From an uncultured archaeon (GTDB lineage: Archaea > Iainarchaeota > Iainarchaeia > Iainarchaeales > CSSED10-239): a DNA stretch of 32,000 nt. Location of the stretch: assembly GCA_964496765.1 (NCBI GenBank), contig CAZCAP010000002.1, positions 1-32,000 on the forward strand, given 5' to 3'. The notes under the pieces are model-generated. The model worked only from the letters and a program-made list of their open reading frames with translations, was not told the origin of the DNA and searched no databases. The position numbers were made by a program, and so were the translations under genes. Shown here piece after piece: positions 25,791 through 32,000 of this stretch. Position 1 is the first letter of the stretch. Every line of letters begins with the position of its first letter.

Positions 25791-26237
25791 ATGGATAAGA
25801 AATCAATGCCAATCCTTCTTCTAATAGTCGGATTGATTATAGGAATCATTGTTGGATGGTTAATATTTAATGGAGCATCTAGCACAGGAGAAGCAAAAGG
25901 TGTATTAAAGAATGATTTACTACCTCCTAATGTTGTTGAAAAACAAGCAGATGGTAGTACACTCGTAAATTTAAATTATAAGGAAACGAATTCAACAACA
26001 GGAGTAACAACTTGTAAAAAAATATCTCAATTAATTGCACCATCAGAAGGTGAAGCTGATAGTATAGTTTATAATATAACATGTACAGGATCATGCACCG
26101 GCGATATGTGTAACATTTCTGGATGCACTCCAGCAGATGGAGGACAATGTACTGGATGTTTCTGTAGTGGAGATGCTTGTAGTGCATGTACTTGTTCACG
26201 ATCAGTCTCTGGAGCTACTTGGCCACCAGCAAGTTAA
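25791..26237 (+). CDS. Cys-rich protein with conserved hydrophobic leader (family member 3, longest core)
   Basis: Leader MDKKSMPILLLIVGLIIGIIVGWLIFNGASSTGEAK, then a 112-aa core. Ten of its 11 Cys fall in residues 98-135 (CTGSCTGDMCNISGCTPADGGQCTGCFCSGDACSACTC). Tandem stop codons TAATAA. Confidence 0.7.
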   Translation: MDKKSMPILLLIVGLIIGIIVGWLIFNGASSTGEAKGVLKNDLLPPNVVEKQADGSTLVNLNYKETNSTTGVTTCKKISQLIAPSEGEADSIVYNITCTGSCTGDMCNISGCTPADGGQCTGCFCSGDACSACTCSRSVSGATWPPAS

Positions 26238-26255
26238 TAATGACAATATTAATAA

Positions 26256-26292
26256 GTAGATATTAAAAATATCTGCTTCTATTTTTTCTTTT
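26256..26292 (+). terminator. Hairpin plus T-rich tract downstream of family member 3
   Basis: GTAGATATT (26256-26264) pairs with AATATCTGC (26268-26276); this gives 9 bp with one G-U pair and a 3-nt loop. It is followed by TTCTATTTTTTCTTTT. Confidence 0.45.
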
Positions 26293-26407
26293 AAATATAA
26301 TTAATATCTTATTTAAATCTCAAGATTTCTTTTTTTCAAGTTTTAAAAATATTTATATTATCTTCTGTTTCTAATATATTATATAGATGATGGACTAGAT
26401 ATAATAT

Positions 26408-28789
26408 ATGATACCAGATAAATGGACTAAGGATCTTGAAAAAGAAATAATTAATGATTTTATTGATAAAAGGATATTCGATTTCTCAATCTCTGAAGAT
26501 AAACCAGTCTATAGTATAGACACTCCTCCTCCATATCTTAATAGACCAGTTCATATTGGTCAAGCAACAACCTATGCAATCATGGACATGATTGCAAGAT
26601 ATAAAAGAATGAAAGGTTTTAAGATTATCTTCCCACTTGGATTGGATAGGAATGGATTACCAATTGAAATGGAAGCAGAAAAAAAATTTAAAGTTTCAGT
26701 TTTAACAACTCCAAGAGAAGAATACCTAAACAAATGCAAAGAACTATTGCAAGAATATTCTGGAGAAACCCAAAAAAGCTTTAGAGAAATAGGAATCTCA
26801 TTTAGTTCATGGGATAACTATGAAATGATTGGAGGAGTTTATGAAACTGATTCTCCAAGATACAGACAATTAACTCAAAAAACATTTATTGATCTTTATA
26901 AAAGAGGATTAATATATGAAGATGAAAAAATAGCTAACTATTGTCCTGGATGCTCAACAACAATAGCTGATTCAGAAATAGATTACAAAGAGATTGAATC
27001 TTTATTTAACACTGTTTTGTTTACAGTTAAGGAAACAGGAGAAAAAATACCAATTGCAACCACAAGACCAGAACTTATTTGTTCAATTGGAATGGTTATA
27101 TTTAATCCAGAGGATGAAAGATGGAAAAAGCTAGAAGGAAAGACAGCAGTAACTCCATTGTTCAATATTGAGGTTCCTATTAAAGCACATCCACAAGCAA
27201 AAATGGATAAGGGAACTGGATTAGTTATGATGTGCTCTGCTGGAGACTACTCAGACATTAGATTTTTCAGAGAACAAAATATTAAACCAATCATATCCAT
27301 TGATATTTCTGGAAAAATGAATAAGAACGCTGATGAGTTTGAAGGCCTCTATGTTAAAAAAGCAAGAGAAGCAATTATTGAAAGATTATTAAAAGATGAA
27401 TTAATAACTGAGCAAAAGAAGATACAACATGAGGTTCCAATCTGTGAAAGATCAAAGCATGAGGTTGAATTTATTGCTCAAAGAGAATTTTATTTAAAAC
27501 AACTAGATTATATTGAAGACATTAGAAAAATATCAAATGAAATTAATTTTACAAACCCACTAAGCAAGAAAATACTCGAGGATTGGTTAAATACAATCTC
27601 AACTGATTGGCCAATCTCAAGAAGAAGATTCTATGCAACAGAGGTTCCTCTCTGGTATTGTAAGAAATGCAATGAAATCATTCTTGGAGACGATACTAAA
27701 TATCAAAGACCATGGTGTGAAGATCCAACAACCAAGGCATGCCCTAAATGCGGAGGAACAGAATTTATTGGAGAAAAAAGAGTTCTGGATACCTGGTTTG
27801 ATTCATCAAACTCAGCTCTCTATATTCAAGGATATGGAACTCCATTCTTTGATGAGCATCCAATCTGTTCACTAAGACCACAGGGAAAGGAAATAGTTAG
27901 GACCTGGTTGTATTATACGTTACTTAAGGGATATTTGATTAATAAAAAACCAATGTTTGAAAACGTTTATGTTCATCAGCACATTCTTGATGGAAATGGA
28001 TATAAGATGTCTAAATCCAAAGGAAACATAATCAACCCTCAGGACGCAACAGGAAAATATGGAGCAGAAAGCTTTAGGCTTTGGGCTGTATCAGAAGGAA
28101 ATCTTGATCAAAAGGATTTTAAGTGCTCACTTGATAAAATATCAACTGAACAAAAGACTCTGAACAAGTTATGGAACATAGCTAAATTTATTTCTCAATT
28201 TAAGAAGATTCCAGAAACTCAATCAAAATACACAGAAACAGATAAATGGATATTAAATGAAATAAATCAATTAACTAAAGAGGTTGAAGAAGGTTATGAA
28301 AAATATGATTTCCATGGTCCAATCATAAAAATAAAACATTTCATTTGGGATACCTTTTCAAGTCATTATCTTGAGCTTGTAAAAACAAGATGCTATAACC
28401 CAGAGAGTGAATTCACGAAGGAAGAACAGAATGGAGCAATAGAAGCACTTAATCAAGTTTTAGTTAAGCTTCTTTACCTAATGTATCCAATAACCCCATT
28501 CATTAGTAAAAGAATACTTGAAGAAAACTATAATATAAACATTTATACAGAAACATTTCCCAAAATTGAAGAATTCAAATCAAAAATCAAAACAGAGGAT
28601 ATTGAAAAAATTAATAATGCAATCTGGAAAGCAAAGAAGGATGCATCAATTTCCCTAAAAGAAAAGATAAATAAAGTAATGCTATCAAATATATATAAAG
28701 ATATTGAGATGGATTTAATTAAAACACACAACATTTTAAACATAGAATACACAGAAGATAAGGAGATAGAGGTTGTTGTAAATGCATAA
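26408..28789 (+). CDS. valS: Valyl-tRNA synthetase (class Ia aaRS)
   Basis: DTPPPYLNRPVHIGQ (degenerate HIGH), GLDRNGLPIE, DWPISRRR, a Zn-ribbon insertion (WYCKKC...CPKCGG) followed by VLDTWFDSS, and KMSKSKGN. The 793-aa length fits compact archaeal ValRS better than IleRS or LeuRS. Confidence 0.7.
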   Translation: MIPDKWTKDLEKEIINDFIDKRIFDFSISEDKPVYSIDTPPPYLNRPVHIGQATTYAIMDMIARYKRMKGFKIIFPLGLDRNGLPIEMEAEKKFKVSVLTTPREEYLNKCKELLQEYSGETQKSFREIGISFSSWDNYEMIGGVYETDSPRYRQLTQKTFIDLYKRGLIYEDEKIANYCPGCSTTIADSEIDYKEIESLFNTVLFTVKETGEKIPIATTRPELICSIGMVIFNPEDERWKKLEGKTAVTPLFNIEVPIKAHPQAKMDKGTGLVMMCSAGDYSDIRFFREQNIKPIISIDISGKMNKNADEFEGLYVKKAREAIIERLLKDELITEQKKIQHEVPICERSKHEVEFIAQREFYLKQLDYIEDIRKISNEINFTNPLSKKILEDWLNTISTDWPISRRRFYATEVPLWYCKKCNEIILGDDTKYQRPWCEDPTTKACPKCGGTEFIGEKRVLDTWFDSSNSALYIQGYGTPFFDEHPICSLRPQGKEIVRTWLYYTLLKGYLINKKPMFENVYVHQHILDGNGYKMSKSKGNIINPQDATGKYGAESFRLWAVSEGNLDQKDFKCSLDKISTEQKTLNKLWNIAKFISQFKKIPETQSKYTETDKWILNEINQLTKEVEEGYEKYDFHGPIIKIKHFIWDTFSSHYLELVKTRCYNPESEFTKEEQNGAIEALNQVLVKLLYLMYPITPFISKRILEENYNINIYTETFPKIEEFKSKIKTEDIEKINNAIWKAKKDASISLKEKINKVMLSNIYKDIEMDLIKTHNILNIEYTEDKEIEVVVNA

Positions 28790-29282
28790 AGAAAGAAAAA
28801 CCACCTTTTTAGGGGATATGATTTTCATAGTTATTCTTGTTGTTGCTATTTACTTTGCAATGACCCTCCTATCTGGAAATCAAATAACAAAAATGAGTAA
28901 AATTAATGATTCCTTTGATGTAACCCAGGACAATCTAATTCCTGAAAATCAAAGTGCATATATTGCTGATTTGGCTCTGCTTAGTGATGCCACACACACA
29001 AAACCAATCATAGATTACATTAATTTGAATAAAGATTCAATTAAAATAAATAGATTAGTAAATTATAATCTAATAAGCAATGAAAGATGCATTTCGAAAA
29101 CATTATATTTAGAAATCAATTCCTTTGTTCAAAAGCAGGACGCTCTTCAGGATACTTTTGAGAAACTAAACTCCCAAAAGTTAAATAAAATATATTGGAA
29201 TCAATATACTGATAATCTAACAACAAGAAATGAATATAGAAACCTAAGAACTGAATCCATGAAGCTTGAGATTTGTAACTAA
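28782..29282 (+). CDS. Hypothetical N-terminally anchored protein
   Basis: Its ATG overlaps the valS stop (ATGCATAA, 8-nt overlap). It has one TM helix (MIFIVILVVAIYFAMTLL) and no motif I recognise. Confidence 0.45.
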   Translation: MHKERKTTFLGDMIFIVILVVAIYFAMTLLSGNQITKMSKINDSFDVTQDNLIPENQSAYIADLALLSDATHTKPIIDYINLNKDSIKINRLVNYNLISNERCISKTLYLEINSFVQKQDALQDTFEKLNSQKLNKIYWNQYTDNLTTRNEYRNLRTESMKLEICN

Positions 29283-29295
29283 TTTTTGAGAATAT

Positions 29296-29883
29296 ATGTT
29301 TAATGAAATTGCGAATGGAGCAGAAGCAAAAATACTTGTTCATAAATTGTTTGGCAAAGAAGTAATAACTAAGCAAAGAATATCTAAAGACTATAGAAAC
29401 AAACTATTGGATACAAGAATAATTAAGCAAAGAACCAAGAGTGAGGCTCTTCTTTTAAAGAAAGTAAAGGAGATTGGGTTATACTCTCCAAGCTTGTACT
29501 ATGTAGGAAGAGATAAGATAGTCATGGAATACCTAGCCAATACAAATGAACATCATAGGCATCTGGACGAAATTGGAAAGAACATAGCAACACTTCATAA
29601 TAATAATATCATTCATGGGGATCTTAATCTAATTAACATAATTACAACTAAAAATAAAAAAGCAAAAACAAAGATATATTTTATTGATTTTGGACTAGGA
29701 TCCATATCAAATAAGATTGAAGACAAGGCAACTGATCTTCTAGTTCTCAAGAAAACCCTATTATCTCTTAAAAAAACAGAAAATCTATGGAAAGGAATGC
29801 TTTTTGGCTATGAAAAAGAAACAAAAAACAAAGAAATAATAAATAAAATAAAAGAAATAGAAGCAAGAGGGAGATATCTATAA
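29296..29883 (+). CDS. bud32: KEOPS complex kinase/ATPase Bud32 (Kae1-associated)
   Basis: GAEAKI...KQR..KDYRNKLLDTRIIKQRTKSEALLL, catalytic IHGDLNLINII, and IDFGLG. 195 aa, typical of the minimal RIO-like Bud32. Confidence 0.8.
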   Translation: MFNEIANGAEAKILVHKLFGKEVITKQRISKDYRNKLLDTRIIKQRTKSEALLLKKVKEIGLYSPSLYYVGRDKIVMEYLANTNEHHRHLDEIGKNIATLHNNNIIHGDLNLINIITTKNKKAKTKIYFIDFGLGSISNKIEDKATDLLVLKKTLLSLKKTENLWKGMLFGYEKETKNKEIINKIKEIEARGRYL

Positions 29884-30023
29884 ACTAGTTAAAAAACCCA
29901 AAAGATAATATATAAAAAGAAATCGACACATTAAATATATATTAATATCATCTTTTTATAGATTATATATTATATTAAAGGCTATAAATCAATATGAATG
30001 GAAATAAAAGAGTATGATTAAAT

Positions 30024-30446
30024 ATGGAAGAAACAAATAAAGAAAGAACAGAACATAGAACTGATAAGTTCGACAAGAAAGAAATTTATGATAAAATTAT
30101 TGAACTTACAAAAAAGGGAGAACCAAAAGCAAAGATTGGTCTAGCACTTAAAAAAATGAAGGTTCGCTCAATTAAGAAAGTTACAGGAAAAAGATTATCA
30201 AAGGTACAGGATGAACTAAAACTCACATCAAAAAACGAAATACCTGATGATTTAATGGCATTAATCAAGAAAGCAGTTAAGCTAATTAAACACAAAGATT
30301 CAAATAAAAAAGATATGACCTCCAAAAGAGGATATCAATTAACTGTTTCTAAAATAAATAGATTAAGAAATTATTATATAAGACAAGGTAAACTACCAAA
30401 AGGATGGATTTATTCTGATGATAGTGCAAAACTACTTGTAAAGTAA
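30024..30446 (+). CDS. rps15: 30S ribosomal protein uS15 (S15P/S13e)
   Basis: KGEPKAKIGLALK...IPDDLMALIKKAVKLIKHKDSNKKDMTSKRGYQLTVSKINRLRNYY...LPKGW matches the S13e/S15 pattern. Confidence 0.8.
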   Translation: MEETNKERTEHRTDKFDKKEIYDKIIELTKKGEPKAKIGLALKKMKVRSIKKVTGKRLSKVQDELKLTSKNEIPDDLMALIKKAVKLIKHKDSNKKDMTSKRGYQLTVSKINRLRNYYIRQGKLPKGWIYSDDSAKLLVK

Positions 30447-30460
30447 AGGGTTGATAATAA

Positions 30461-31033
30461 ATGGTTGAAAAAAAAAGAACAGTAGATAATTGGAAAAAGA
30501 AAAAATGGTTTGTAATAACTGCAGACCCAATTTTTGATGGTAAAGAAATAGCAAAAACAGTTGCTATTGAAAACAAAAGCCTAACTGGAAGAACAATTAA
30601 GAAAACACTTGATTCCCTAACAGGAAACATCAGGGATTCTGCCTATGTTATTACTTTCAAGGTTGATAAGATCACTGGTGGGAAAGCAGAAACAAGCATA
30701 GCTAACATGGAAACTAAACCAGGCCATCTAAAAAGAATGATTAGAAGAATGAAATCAAAAATTGAAGATATTATTTATATCACAACAAAAGATGGACATA
30801 AACTTAAACTAAAACTTCTTTTCATAACAGGTGCAAAGTATAGTACTCAAACAAGAACTGAAGCTAGAAACCAAATGAGAACAATATTCATGGAAGAACT
30901 TAAAGATAAAGGCCTGAAAGAAGTTTGGAGCGAAATTATTTTCCAAAAAATATCTGAAAAATGCAAGAAAAAACTTGCAAAACTTGGATTTGTAAACAAA
31001 ATAATTATCTCCAAGGCAAAGTTGGTTGAGTGA
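30461..31033 (+). CDS. rps3ae: 30S ribosomal protein eS1 (S3Ae)
   Basis: WKKKKWFVITADPIFDGKEIAKTVA...LTGRTIKKTLDSLTG is the characteristic S3Ae N-terminal region. 190 aa. Confidence 0.8.
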   Translation: MVEKKRTVDNWKKKKWFVITADPIFDGKEIAKTVAIENKSLTGRTIKKTLDSLTGNIRDSAYVITFKVDKITGGKAETSIANMETKPGHLKRMIRRMKSKIEDIIYITTKDGHKLKLKLLFITGAKYSTQTRTEARNQMRTIFMEELKDKGLKEVWSEIIFQKISEKCKKKLAKLGFVNKIIISKAKLVE

Positions 31034-31054
31034 GGGTCTAAAACCTGATAAAAA

Positions 31055-31768
31055 ATGATCTCAACAATTTTACTTTATTTTCTTATTTTTATTTTTTTAG
31101 GATTATTACTTAACTTTATAGGTAAGTATGATCTTATTACAATCTCAGTGGTATATGTAGTCGCTAGTTTGTTCATGTACTTTGTGGACATATATGCGGT
31201 TGTATATCTTGTGCTATTCTTTGGAATATCAGAAAGCGTAACTTCACTATTTAATAAGAAGCACGCACAAAGAACCTATAAAAATCTACTTGGAAACTGC
31301 CTTGCAAGCATCATATTCCTTATAGCTGGAGCAATAACAGAGTATTTTTCACCAGGTTCATTCATTTATTTTGGGGTTGGAGCCCTAGCTGGAATATCAG
31401 CAGCCTTTTCAGATACCCTATCTTCAGAGATTGGTTATCTTTCAAGCAAAAAGCCAAGAATGATAACCACATTTAGAAAGGTTGAAAAAGGGATTGATGG
31501 TGGAATTACTTTTCTTGGAACAGCAGCAGCAGCTCTTGGAGCACTAATTACTGCTATGTTCTTCTGGTTTGTTAACACAATAGGAGTAAACCTTGTATAT
31601 ACAACTAAGATAATTATTGTTGTTGCTGTTTGTGGACTAGTTGGGTCATTGATTGATAGTATAATTGGGGGACTCTTTGAGACAAAGGGATATCTTAATA
31701 ATTCCCAAACTAATTTTCTTGCAACTTTTATAACTGGACTAATTGCTCTTCTTATAATGACTATTTAA
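31055..31768 (+). CDS. DUF92/TMEM19-family integral membrane protein
   Basis: Polytopic, 237 aa. The segments GISAAFSDTLSSEIG and GGITFLGTAAAALGA are reminiscent of DUF92 family conserved regions. Confidence 0.5.
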   Translation: MISTILLYFLIFIFLGLLLNFIGKYDLITISVVYVVASLFMYFVDIYAVVYLVLFFGISESVTSLFNKKHAQRTYKNLLGNCLASIIFLIAGAITEYFSPGSFIYFGVGALAGISAAFSDTLSSEIGYLSSKKPRMITTFRKVEKGIDGGITFLGTAAAALGALITAMFFWFVNTIGVNLVYTTKIIIVVAVCGLVGSLIDSIIGGLFETKGYLNNSQTNFLATFITGLIALLIMTI

Positions 31769-31809
31769 AACATCTTTTTTTATAATGTATAGCACACAAT
31801 CATTTGACT

Positions 31810-32000
31810 ATGGAAACAAGACTTGAAAAAATTAAGTTTGTTATTTGGTTTGTTGTTCTTTATTCAGTTCTTCTCACCATTGGACTTAAATTAATTGGGA
31901 AGATGCTCATTAAAATCGATGTGTGGATAATTGAAAGGGTTCTTGGGAACATAATAAACTACAACTCATTTGTATTTGTACCAGAATGTAGTGGGGTTGT
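31810..32000 (+). CDS. Possible exosortase/archaeosortase-family protein, N-terminal fragment (runs off the window end)
   Basis: The ATG at 31810 reads METRLEKIKFVIWFVVLYSVLLTIGLKLIG...NYNSFVFVPECSGV. That is a TM helix followed by a PECSG motif, which resembles the conserved catalytic-Cys motif (xCSG) of exosortase/archaeosortase. Only 63 codons are visible. Confidence 0.35.
   Translation, partial: METRLEKIKFVIWFVVLYSVLLTIGLKLIGKMLIKIDVWIIERVLGNIINYNSFVFVPECSGV

Noticed and set aside
18233-26237. Calling the Cys-rich family a definite RiPP/lanthipeptide biosynthetic system
   Set aside because: No modification enzyme, transporter or immunity gene is adjacent to any copy, and the leader looks like a Sec or TM segment rather than a cytoplasmic recognition leader. 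The idea is kept only as one hypothesis within the family finding.
26530-26570. Non-canonical HIGH motif (HIGQ) in the class I aaRS
   Set aside because: As I recall, degenerate HIGH boxes occur in archaeal ValRS. KMSKS and the other motifs are intact, so this is not evidence of a pseudogene or of neofunctionalisation.

Overview
This is an AT-rich, very tightly packed archaeal chromosome segment. All calls below come from reading motifs by eye; no searches were run. The gene set is archaeal and mostly informational: Orc1/Cdc6, primase PriL, RNA polymerase subunits K and L, ribosomal proteins eS1, eS17 and uS15, Pelota, NAC, exosome Csl4, Bud32, CDC48, a DRG GTPase and Sec11-type signal peptidase. 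Small proteins, tiny intergenic gaps and several overlapping gene ends suggest a reduced, DPANN-like genome, but that is inference. The left edge carries a type IV pilus-like module: two class III signal pilins plus two single-domain T2SS-F membrane genes. The right edge ends in a possible archaeosortase-like fragment. I found no tRNA, rRNA, CRISPR array, transposase or integrase.

The most unusual content is a dispersed family of small proteins at 18233, 18905, 20550 and 25791, all on the + strand. They share a near-identical promoter, 5'UTR and 36-aa hydrophobic leader. Downstream of the leader come unrelated Cys/Ser/Thr/Gly-rich C-terminal cores with 6, 6, 4 and 11 Cys. I cannot assign this family to any known group.

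One member, together with the divergent orc1/cdc6 promoter region and the first 82 codons of cdc6, lies inside a perfect 672-bp tandem duplication (17821-18492 and 18493-19164). Secondary observations are an N-terminally minimal NFACT-R protein directly upstream of CDC48 with Pelota nearby, an ORB-like dyad in the cdc6 upstream region, and sepF paired with a tail-anchored orphan gene.
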